From the NCBI GenBank assembly GCA_963782055.1, contig CAWAIF010000003.1:2560001-2624000 (forward strand): 64,000 bases of DNA, read 5' to 3'. Positions 11,810-18,918 of the stretch are shown piece after piece. This DNA comes from an uncultured delta proteobacterium. GTDB taxonomy: Bacteria; Myxococcota_A; Polyangia; Polyangiales; Polyangiaceae. Within the stretch, counting starts at the first letter, position 1, and every line of letters begins with the position of its first letter. Under the pieces are notes generated by a model. It had not been told where the DNA came from, searched no databases, and saw only the letters and a list, made by a program, of their open reading frames with translations. The translations under genes were made by a program, and so were the position numbers.

Positions 11810-13342
11810 ATGCCGAAGTACGTCGGAATCGACATCGGAACCGCCAGCGTGAAGGTCGTCGTCGTCAAGTCGTCGTACCGCAAGCAGGAGGTGGAGGGGC
11901 TCGCCTCGGCGGAGATCACCGGGGACGTGCTGGTGGCGATCCGCGAGGCGACGCAGAAGGCGCTCGGCGGCGCCGGCGCGGGGGACGCGGTGGCCGCCGC
12001 GCTGCCCGGCACGCGCGCGGCGGTGCGCATCGTCTCCATCCCGGCGAGCGCGGAGCGGCAGCTCGCCGACGTGCTGCCCTTCGAGCTGGAGGCGCAGACG
12101 CCCTTCGACCTGGACGAGAGCGTGGTCGACTACCGCATCCTGGGCGGTGGCGCGCGTGGCGCGGGCGTGATGCATGCCGAGGAGGGCGCCCTCGCGGTGA
12201 TGGCGGTGGTCGCCAAGATCGAGGACGTGCGCGCGCGCATCGACCTGGTGCGCGACGCCGTCTCCGTCGAGCCAGAGCGCGTGGGCGTGGGCGGCTTCCC
12301 GCTGGCCAACCTGGCCCCCCTGGCGACCTCCCTCTCGGAGGAGGGCCCCGTCGCCCTGCTCGACCTCGGCACCCGCACAAGCGACCTGCTCGTCCTGCGC
12401 CGGGGGGAGACCGTCTTCTCGCGCACCCTGTCGCTGGGGACCGAGGGCCTGCCCGGCACCGCCGCGAAGCTGGCGCGGGAGGTGCGACTCTCCCTCTCCG
12501 CGCTGCAGGCGCAGGGCGTCGAGGCGCCCTTGCTCGTCTACCTCTGCGGCGGCGGCGCCTTCGTCTCCGGCGCGGAGTCCTTCCTCGCCGGCGAGCTGGA
12601 GCTGCCGGTCAAGCGCCTGCCGCAGCTCTCCGTCGATCTCGGCCCGCGCGCTGCCCCGGCGACGGACATGCCCCTGTATGCCAAGGCGCTCGGCCTGGCG
12701 ATGGGCCTGGCGACGCGCGGCCCCAGCTTCGATCTGCGCAAGGGCCCGCTCGTCTACGAGCGCGGCTTCGGCTGGCTCCGCGACAAGGTCCCGGTGCTCG
12801 TCGGCCTGGGGGCCGTCCTCGCCGTGAGCTTCATCTTCTCCTCGTGCACCGCCATCTACGCCGAATCGAAGGAGCGCTCCACGCTGGAGAGCGCCCTCGG
12901 GCAGGTGACGCAGGAGGTGCTCGGGGAGAAGACGACGAGCGCCACCCACGCCGAGGAGCTGCTCGCCCAGCAGGGCACCCCCGACGAGGACCCGCTCCCG
13001 CACGCCGACGCCTTCGACGTCATGGTGCGCCTCTCCGAGCATATCCCGCAGTCGATGACGCACGACATCGAGGAGCTGGACGTGCAGAAGGGCCACGTCA
13101 CGGTGCACGGCATCGTCGGGAGCATCCCCGACGCGCAGTCCATCGCGGAGTCGCTCTCCAAGAACGAGCCGTGCTTCGACGACGTGAAGATCACCCGCAC
13201 CAACCAGGTCGTCGGCGGGGACCGGCAGAAGTACGTGCTGGAGTTCGACCTCAAGTGCCCGGAAGATCAGCACGCGAAGAAGAAGAAGAAGAAGAGCTCG
13301 GCGGGGACGAGCAGCTCCGCCTCGGCCGGAGGGGGTAAGTGA
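11810..13342 (+). CDS. gspL: Type II secretion protein L (PilM/actin-like cytoplasmic domain, TM, periplasmic domain)
   Basis: GIDIGTASVKVV, LPFELEAQ, LDLGTRTS, YLCGGGA; TM segment; position in operon. Confidence 0.82.
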   Translation: MPKYVGIDIGTASVKVVVVKSSYRKQEVEGLASAEITGDVLVAIREATQKALGGAGAGDAVAAALPGTRAAVRIVSIPASAERQLADVLPFELEAQTPFDLDESVVDYRILGGGARGAGVMHAEEGALAVMAVVAKIEDVRARIDLVRDAVSVEPERVGVGGFPLANLAPLATSLSEEGPVALLDLGTRTSDLLVLRRGETVFSRTLSLGTEGLPGTAAKLAREVRLSLSALQAQGVEAPLLVYLCGGGAFVSGAESFLAGELELPVKRLPQLSVDLGPRAAPATDMPLYAKALGLAMGLATRGPSFDLRKGPLVYERGFGWLRDKVPVLVGLGAVLAVSFIFSSCTAIYAESKERSTLESALGQVTQEVLGEKTTSATHAEELLAQQGTPDEDPLPHADAFDVMVRLSEHIPQSMTHDIEELDVQKGHVTVHGIVGSIPDAQSIAESLSKNEPCFDDVKITRTNQVVGGDRQKYVLEFDLKCPEDQHAKKKKKKSSAGTSSSASAGGGK

Positions 13343-13926
13343 TGGCCGCCGCGATCTTCGAGCGCATGGGCCTCAACGCCCGCGAGCAGCGCCTCGCCCA
13401 GGTGCTGATCATCGTCTTCGGCGTGATGCTCTTCTTGGGCCTGCCGCTCGGCCTGGAGTCGTACGTGGCGAGCAAGCGCTCGAGCAACGACGAGCTCCGC
13501 CAGGCGCTGGAGGACGTGCAGACCGGGCGGGCCGCGGTGCGCGACCGCGAGGCCAAGAAGGAGGCGATCGCCATGCGCTACCAGAGCAAGGCGCCGGAGC
13601 TCGCCGGGTTCCTGGAGCAGGAGGCGCGCAAGCAGAAGCTGGAGGTGACCGACTCGGTCGACCGCCCGCCGGTGCCGCACGGCAAGCGCTACACCGAGCG
13701 CAGCACCATCATCCACCTGAAGAAGGCGGGGCTGCTCGCCATCAGTGAGTTCATGCAGTCCATCGAGCAGTCGGAGAGCCCCATCTCGATCAACCGGCTG
13801 AACATCCGCAAGCGCACCGGCGAGCCGGACTCGTACGACGTGGAGATGGGCGTCTCGGCGTACGACCGCGTGGAGAAGCCCGCCGCCGCGGCGTCCTCCG
13901 CCGCGCCGAAGGGGGGCAAGCCGTGA
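13339..13926 (+). CDS. gspM: Type II secretion protein M
   Basis: LNAREQRL followed by a TM segment; GTGA overlap with gspL; position in operon. Confidence 0.72.
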   Translation: MMAAAIFERMGLNAREQRLAQVLIIVFGVMLFLGLPLGLESYVASKRSSNDELRQALEDVQTGRAAVRDREAKKEAIAMRYQSKAPELAGFLEQEARKQKLEVTDSVDRPPVPHGKRYTERSTIIHLKKAGLLAISEFMQSIEQSESPISINRLNIRKRTGEPDSYDVEMGVSAYDRVEKPAAAASSAAPKGGKP

Positions 13927-14972
13927 CCGAGCAGATGAAGCGCTGGGCCAAGTGGGTCGGCTACCCGACCTTCTACCTGCTCTCCTTCGCGCTCTTTCTC
14001 TCGCTCGTCTTCCCGTACGACAAGCTGAAGGAGCGCATCGTCACCTCCTTCAACGCGCAGCAGAAGGCGGCGGGCGCGCAGCAGGAGCTCCACATCGACA
14101 CGATGGGCTGGTACTGGTTCACCGGCGTGCGCGCGAAGGGCATCCGCCTGGTGAGCGCCCCGCAGGAGCCGGGCAAGCCGCCGGCGGAGATCCACATCGA
14201 CGAGGCGCGCATCAAGATGGGCCTCTTCGCGTCGCTGGTCGGCAAGCGCGACGTCACCTTCCACCTGGACGCGCTGGGCGGCACCATCGACGGCGAGTAC
14301 CAGGAGAGCAAGGACGAGCGCGACGTCGACGTCACCCTGGATGGCGTGCACCTGGACCAGGTGGACGCGCTGAGCCAGGCGATCGGCCTGCCGGTGCAGG
14401 GGACCATCGCCGGGACCATCAAGCTGCAGATGCCGGAGGGCAAGGCCTCGAAGGGCAACGGCACGATCGACCTGGAGGGGACCGACGTGGCCATCGGCGA
14501 CGGCAAGGCGAAGCTGAAGGGCGCGCTGGAGATGCCCAAGCTCGTCGTCGGCGCGCTCACCTTCAACGCCGAGGCCAAGGACGGGGTGCTGAAGATCACC
14601 AAGTTCTCCGCGGGCGGAAAGGACCTGGAGCTCAACGGCGAGGGCAAGGTGCAGATGCGCGAGCTCGCCAACGAGAGCAGCCTGGACGTGAACCTCAAGT
14701 TCAAGATCAACGACGCGTTCCGGGGCAAGAGCGAGATCACCAAGAACCTGTTCGGCGCGCCCGGCTCGCCGAAGGGCGGCGACATCGAGCTGTTCGTTCC
14801 GGAGATGAAGCGGGCGAAGCGGCCGGACGGGTTCTACTCGTTCCAGGTGCGCGGGCTGCTGGGGCACCTGCAGTTCCAGCCGATGCCGAACTTCGTGGAG
14901 CCGGGAGGGGGCGGCGCGGCGGGGGCGGCGGGGAGGCCGCCGAGGATGGGGGCGACGCCCAGGTTCCCCTGA
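13923..14972 (+). CDS. gspN: Type II secretion protein N (deltaproteobacterial type)
   Basis: N-terminal TM ending FPYDKLKERI; beta-rich body; last gene of the operon. Confidence 0.75.
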   Translation: MTEQMKRWAKWVGYPTFYLLSFALFLSLVFPYDKLKERIVTSFNAQQKAAGAQQELHIDTMGWYWFTGVRAKGIRLVSAPQEPGKPPAEIHIDEARIKMGLFASLVGKRDVTFHLDALGGTIDGEYQESKDERDVDVTLDGVHLDQVDALSQAIGLPVQGTIAGTIKLQMPEGKASKGNGTIDLEGTDVAIGDGKAKLKGALEMPKLVVGALTFNAEAKDGVLKITKFSAGGKDLELNGEGKVQMRELANESSLDVNLKFKINDAFRGKSEITKNLFGAPGSPKGGDIELFVPEMKRAKRPDGFYSFQVRGLLGHLQFQPMPNFVEPGGGGAAGAAGRPPRMGATPRFP

Positions 14973-14996
14973 GGGAGGGGAAGGGGGGCCCCTCCT

Positions 14997-15146
14997 GGCG
15001 CCATGCTCGGGCTCGTGCTCGCCTTCTCGCGTGCCGCCCGTGTGTGCATGATGCAAGGATTCCGGCACGCGAGAAGGCTTGCGCGCGAGCCCTGCGCGTG
15101 GCGCCTCCTCCCCTCGGTGTCGCGCTCCGCGCGCCACACGGGGAGG
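14997..15146 (+). other. Gene-less structured element: long hairpin plus adjacent triloop hairpin
   Basis: Perfect 16-bp IR 15021-15036/15063-15078, extended by two 10-bp stems with TC/(T)TGC internal loops; second hairpin 15107-15146. Confidence 0.75.
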
Positions 15147-15175
15147 ATGGTGCGCGATCGGCCACGTGAGAGAAC

Positions 15176-15253
15176 GGGAAGGGGAAAGGGGACGGGGAAG
15201 GGGGACGGGGAAGGGGGACGGGGAAGGGGACGGGGGACGGGGAAGGAGAGGGG
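15176..15253 (+). repeat. Purine-rich GGGGAA/GGGGAC degenerate tandem tract
   Basis: Directly visible; many G4-G5 runs. Confidence 0.9.
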
Positions 15254-15292
15254 CTCTCGCTCGGGGGAGGGGATAGCGATGCACTCCCCACA

Positions 15293-15347
15293 CGCCCTCG
15301 TGCTCGCGCCCGCGCCCGCGCCCGCGCTCGCGCTCGCGCTCGCGCTC
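15293..15347 (+). repeat. (GCGCCC/GCGCTC)n hexamer tract
   Basis: Directly visible tandem hexamers. Confidence 0.9.
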
Positions 15348-15384
15348 CTCCGTTGGCGCGGAAGGTGAAGGGGGAAGGAGCGGG

Positions 15385-15590
15385 GAGGGGGCTGTCGCTC
15401 GGGGGGAGGGGATGGTCCCGCCGTGCTCGGAGCTGTCGAGGCCAGGCCGTGCTCGCCGTCCTCGGGCGCTTCGCGCCCTCCGGGCGGCTGCGCGCGGTGC
15501 GCGCTTCGCGCGCAGCCTCGACAGCTCCTGCGCGCGGCGGGTGTGGGCTTGGGCCCCCCGCGCGCGGTGCGCGGGGCGTTGCCGAGGAGC
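15385..15590 (+). ncRNA. Conserved structured leader 1 (RNA or ssDNA structure) upstream of four-helix-bundle gene 1
   Basis: Homologous to 16400-16655 on the minus strand; 14-bp stem 15429-15442/15515-15528 covaries with leader 2. Confidence 0.6.
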
Positions 15591-15595
15591 GCGTG

Positions 15596-15922
15596 ATGAA
15601 CCTTCGAATCTATCCCGTGGTGCTGGAGCTGGTGCGCGAGGTCGGGCCGCGGTTGCGGGAGCTCGGGCGGCACGATCCGGATCTCGCGCGGCAGTGCCGG
15701 CGGGCGCTGGCGAGCGTGCCGCTCAACGTCGCGGAGGGCGCGTACGCGCGCGGGCGAAACAAGCAGGCGCGCTACCACACCGCGCTGGGCTCGCTGCGCG
15801 AGACGCAGGCGTGCTTCGAGGTGGCGGCGGCGCTCGGCTACATGCCGGAGCTGGAGGCGGCGCTCGAGGCGCGCTTCCGGCACGTGCTGGGAACGCTGGT
15901 GCGGCTGGCGGGCGCGCACTGA
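15596..15922 (+). CDS. Four-helix-bundle protein (23S rRNA IVP / Avd-like family), 108 aa
   Basis: Signature LARQCRRALASVPLNVAEG...ALGSLRET...LGY; RBS GAGGAG at 15584-15589. Confidence 0.85.
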   Translation: MNLRIYPVVLELVREVGPRLRELGRHDPDLARQCRRALASVPLNVAEGAYARGRNKQARYHTALGSLRETQACFEVAAALGYMPELEAALEARFRHVLGTLVRLAGAH

Positions 15923-15939
15923 GGCCCGGCCGCAGGCCC

Positions 15940-15973
15940 GGCGGGCGCGATGTCCTGTCTCATCGCGCCCGCC
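15940..15973. terminator. GC-rich hairpin between the two convergent four-helix-bundle genes
   Basis: Perfect 13-bp IR GGCGGGCGCGATG/CATCGCGCCCGCC with 8-nt loop; no U-tract, so the terminator role is uncertain. Confidence 0.45.
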
Positions 15974-15985
15974 CGGTTCCGGCCA

Positions 15986-16071
15986 CGCGCTCGCGCCCGC
16001 GCTCGCCCTCGCGCTCGCCCCCGCGCCCGCCCTCGCGCTCGCGACCGCCCTCACGCCCCCGCCCCCGCGCC
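15986..16071 (+). repeat. (GCGCYC/GCCCYC)n degenerate hexamer tract
   Basis: Directly visible; abuts the stop codon of gene 2. Confidence 0.88.
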
Positions 16072-16395
16072 TCAGCGCGCGACCACGAGGCGGACCAGCG
16101 TGCCGAGCACGTGGTCCACGCGGTCCCGCAGCCCGGCCTCGAGCCCGGGCAAGTAGCCGAGCGCCGCGGCGACCTCGAAGCAGGCCAGCACCTCGCGCAG
16201 CGATCCCTGCGCGGTGTGATACCTCGCCGCGCGATTCCGCCCGCGCGAGTACATCCCCTCGGCCACGTTGAGCGGCGCGCTCGCCAGCGCCCGCCGGCAC
16301 TGGCGCGCGAGATTCGGATCATGCCGCTCGAGCTCCCGCACGAGAGGTGCCAGCGTCCGCACGAGCTCCAGCAACACAGGATAGATACGCAACAT
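16072..16395 (-). CDS. Four-helix-bundle protein (23S rRNA IVP / Avd-like family), 107 aa
   Basis: LARQCRRALASAPLNVAEG...QGSLREV...LGY; about 75% identical to 15596-15922 by manual alignment; RBS AAGGAG. Confidence 0.85.
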   Translation of the reverse strand: MLRIYPVLLELVRTLAPLVRELERHDPNLARQCRRALASAPLNVAEGMYSRGRNRAARYHTAQGSLREVLACFEVAAALGYLPGLEAGLRDRVDHVLGTLVRLVVAR

Positions 16396-16399
16396 CGTT

Positions 16400-16655
16400 C
16401 GACTCCTTGCATGCGCCCGCGCACCCTCGCGCGGGGGGCGAACGCCCAAGCCCGCCGCGCGCAGGAGTCGGCAAGGCTGCGCGCGGAGCGCGCACCGCGC
16501 GCAGCCGCCCGGAGCCGCGCGCAGGTCGCGCGCCGCGTCCATCGTTCACCGAGGCGCACGCGCGGCCGAGCACGGCGAGGACGGCGAGCACGGCCCGGCC
16601 TTGCCGACTCCGAGCACGGCGGGACGATGACCTCCCCCCCGAGCGAGCCCCCTCC
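16400..16655 (-). ncRNA. Conserved structured leader 2 upstream of four-helix-bundle gene 2
   Basis: Homologous to leader 1; 14-bp stem 16464-16477/16598-16611; carries an extra inner module. Confidence 0.6.
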
Positions 16656-16659
16656 TCTC

Positions 16660-16740
16660 CCGCCCGCGCCCGCGCCCGCGCTCGCCCCCGCGCTCGCCCC
16701 CGCGCCCGCGCCCGCACTCGCGCCCGCGCCCGCGCCCGCG
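16660..16740 (+). repeat. (GCGCCC/GCGCTC)n hexamer tract
   Basis: Directly visible. Confidence 0.9.
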
Positions 16741-16870
16741 GAGGGGAAAGGGAAAGGAGAAGGGGAAAGGGGAAAGGAGAAGGGGAAGGGGAAAGGAGAA
16801 GGGAGAAGGGAAAGGAGATGGGGAAAGGAGAAGGGGAAGGGAGAAGGGGAAGGGGAAGGGGGGAGGGGAA
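16741..16870 (+). repeat. Near-pure purine tract, (GGAGAA/GGGGAA)n
   Basis: About 130 nt with a single pyrimidine. Confidence 0.92.
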
Positions 16871-16977
16871 GCGTGCTTCGAGGTCGCTCCGGCGCTCGGC
16901 TTCATGCCGTGGCTGGGGGCTCGAGGCGCGCGCTCCCACCACATGCTCGAGGCGTCGCCCGGTCTGCCGGTGCTCAC
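16871..16977 (+). pseudogene. Degenerate 3' fragment of a third four-helix-bundle gene
   Basis: Translates ACFEVAPALGFMPWL... versus ACFEVAAALGYMPEL in gene 1; nucleotide similarity to 15809-15920. Confidence 0.75.
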
Positions 16978-17055
16978 GGATCGCTGTCCTGCACCGGGCT
17001 TCAACGACCCGCCGCACACCGTTAGCATGCGGACCTGCGAACTCTCGACCGGCCA

Positions 17056-17135
17056 CCCCTTCTCCGTCTCCCTTCTCCTTCTCCTTCTCCTTCTCCTTCT
17101 CCCTCCTCCTCCCCCTCCTGCCCCGCACTCCCCCC
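17056..17135 (+). repeat. Pyrimidine tract, (TTCTCC)n, complementary to the repeat unit of 16741-16870
   Basis: Directly visible; TTCTCC is the reverse complement of GGAGAA. Confidence 0.88.
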
Positions 17136-17924
17136 ATGCCCAAACCCAAACTCCTCGCCGCGGTCATCCACGCCCCCCCTCTCCCCGGCTCCCCCCGCGC
17201 CTGGACGATGCCGCGCGTCCTCGCGCAGGTCGCCCGCGACGCGTCGCTCCTCGCGCGCGCCGGCTTCGAACGCATCGTCGTCGAGAACTTCGGCGACGCG
17301 CCCTTCTTCGCCGCGCGCGTGCCGCCGGTCACCGTCGCCGCGCTCACCGCGTGCGTGCTGCAGGCGCGCGCCGCGGCGCCGGACGCGATGGTCGGCGTCA
17401 ACGTGCTGCGCAACGACGCCGAGGCCGCCATCTCCATCGCCGCGGTGACCGGCGCGTCCTTCGTCCGCGTCAACGTCCACGCCGGGGCGCGCGTCACCGA
17501 CCAGGGCGTCGTCCAGGGCCGCGCCGCCGAGACGATGCGCCTTCGCGCGTCGCTCGCCGCGCGAGCGGCGGTCTGGGCGGACGTGGACGTCAAGCACTCC
17601 GCCCCCCTCGGCGCTCGGCCGGTCGAGGACGAGGCGCGTGACGTCGCGCTGCGCGGCCTGGCCGACGCCGTCCTAGTCACCGGTAGCGGCACCGGGCGTG
17701 CGGTGGACCTGGGCAAGCTCGGCCGCGTGCGCGCCAGCCTGCCGCCGCGCACGCAGGTGCTCGCCGCCAGCGGCGCCACCGCCGCCTCGCTGCGCGACCT
17801 GCTCGCCGCGTGCGACGGCGTGGTCGTGGGGAGCGCCCTGAAGGTGGGCGGCAGGGCCGGGGCGCCCGTCGACCCAGCCCGCGCCCGCCGCTTCGTGGCC
17901 GCTTTCCGCCGCGCTGCGGGCTAG
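17136..17924 (+). CDS. BtpA/SgcQ family TIM-barrel protein
   Basis: IHAPPLPGSP, VENFGDAPF, GVNVLRND, ADVDVKHS, VTGSGTG motifs. Confidence 0.9.
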   Translation: MPKPKLLAAVIHAPPLPGSPRAWTMPRVLAQVARDASLLARAGFERIVVENFGDAPFFAARVPPVTVAALTACVLQARAAAPDAMVGVNVLRNDAEAAISIAAVTGASFVRVNVHAGARVTDQGVVQGRAAETMRLRASLAARAAVWADVDVKHSAPLGARPVEDEARDVALRGLADAVLVTGSGTGRAVDLGKLGRVRASLPPRTQVLAASGATAASLRDLLAACDGVVVGSALKVGGRAGAPVDPARARRFVAAFRRAAG

Positions 17925-17958
17925 GGCCGCCGGCCCCCGCTTCGGGTACACTCGGAGC

Positions 17959-18909
17959 GTGGGCCCACCTCTCGAGCCCGGCAGCAAACTGGGGCGCTAC
18001 GAGCTGCTCTGTCCCATCGCCCAGGGGGGCATGGCCTCGGTGTGGCTCGGCCGGCCGCGCGACGCGCACGGCGCCGAGCTGCTCGCGATCAAGACGATCC
18101 TGCCCCACTACGCGAGCGACCTCCGCTTCCAGCGCATGTTCCTGGACGAGGCGCGCATCGCCGCGGGCATCCACCACCCCAACGTGGCGCACATCCTGGA
18201 CGTGGGCGACGAGGACGGGGTGCTCTACCTCGTCATGGAGTGGGTGGACGGCGACTCCCTCGCCCGCCTCTTTCGCGCGTGCGAGCGCGCGGGCATCGCG
18301 ATGCCGGTGGGGCTCGCGTGTCGCGTGGTGGCCGACACCTGCGCGGGCCTCCACGCCGCCCACGAGCTGCGGGGCGTCGTCCACCACGACGTCTCTCCGC
18401 AGAACGTGCTCGTCAGCGTGCGCGGCGAGGCCAAGCTCATCGACTTCGGCCTGGCCGGCAAGACGATCGGCGAGCGGACGGTGAAGGGCAAGCTGCTGTA
18501 CATGGCGCCGGAGCAGGCGACGGGGCAGCCGGTGGACCGGCGCGCCGACCTCTGGTCGGTGGGCGCGATGCTCTACCACCTCATCGCGGGCTTTCCGCCC
18601 TTCGAGGGAGAGAGCCAGCGCGACACCTACCTGCGGCTCATCGGCGACGCCCCCCCGCCCCCGCTTCCCCCACACATCCCGCAGGAGGTGGCCGACGTCA
18701 TCGCCCTGGCGCTGGTCCGCGATCCCGCCGAGCGCGTCGCCAGCGCCGAGCACATGCGCCGCCTCATCGAGGATGCCATGACCGAGAGCGATCTGCGCGC
18801 CACGACCGAGGAGGTGGCGCGCTTCGTCCAGGAGCAGCTCGCCGACCGCGCGGAGGCACGTCGACGCGCGGTGGAGCTGGCGTTCGAGGCGGCCGCGCAG
18901 CGGGGCTGA
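17959..18909 (+). CDS. Cytoplasmic Ser/Thr (Hanks) protein kinase
   Basis: GGMASVW, AIK, FLDEARI, HHDVSPQN, DFG, YMAPE, DLWSVG. Confidence 0.9.
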   Translation: MGPPLEPGSKLGRYELLCPIAQGGMASVWLGRPRDAHGAELLAIKTILPHYASDLRFQRMFLDEARIAAGIHHPNVAHILDVGDEDGVLYLVMEWVDGDSLARLFRACERAGIAMPVGLACRVVADTCAGLHAAHELRGVVHHDVSPQNVLVSVRGEAKLIDFGLAGKTIGERTVKGKLLYMAPEQATGQPVDRRADLWSVGAMLYHLIAGFPPFEGESQRDTYLRLIGDAPPPPLPPHIPQEVADVIALALVRDPAERVASAEHMRRLIEDAMTESDLRATTEEVARFVQEQLADRAEARRRAVELAFEAAAQRG

Positions 18910-18918
18910 CCGGTTGCT

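Noticed and set aside
15596..16395. 23S rRNA intervening sequence
   Set aside because: The family name suggests it, but no rRNA sequence flanks these genes
15353..16542. Longer N-terminal extensions of the four-helix-bundle ORFs (starts 15353 and 16542) and of the btpA-like ORF (16347)
   Set aside because: The extensions translate structured or repeat DNA; good RBS-ATG pairs exist at 15596 and 16395, and BtpA homology starts at 17136
14973..17135. Diversity-generating retroelement suggested by the Avd-like genes
   Set aside because: No reverse transcriptase and no TR/VR pair with adenine-specific mismatches was seen in the window; a trans-acting RT elsewhere cannot be excluded
15176..17135. 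CRISPR array, integron attC array or IS element
   Set aside because: No constant repeat with unique spacers, no cas, integrase or transposase gene, no RYYYAAC/GTTRRRY core pairs and no clear target-site duplication
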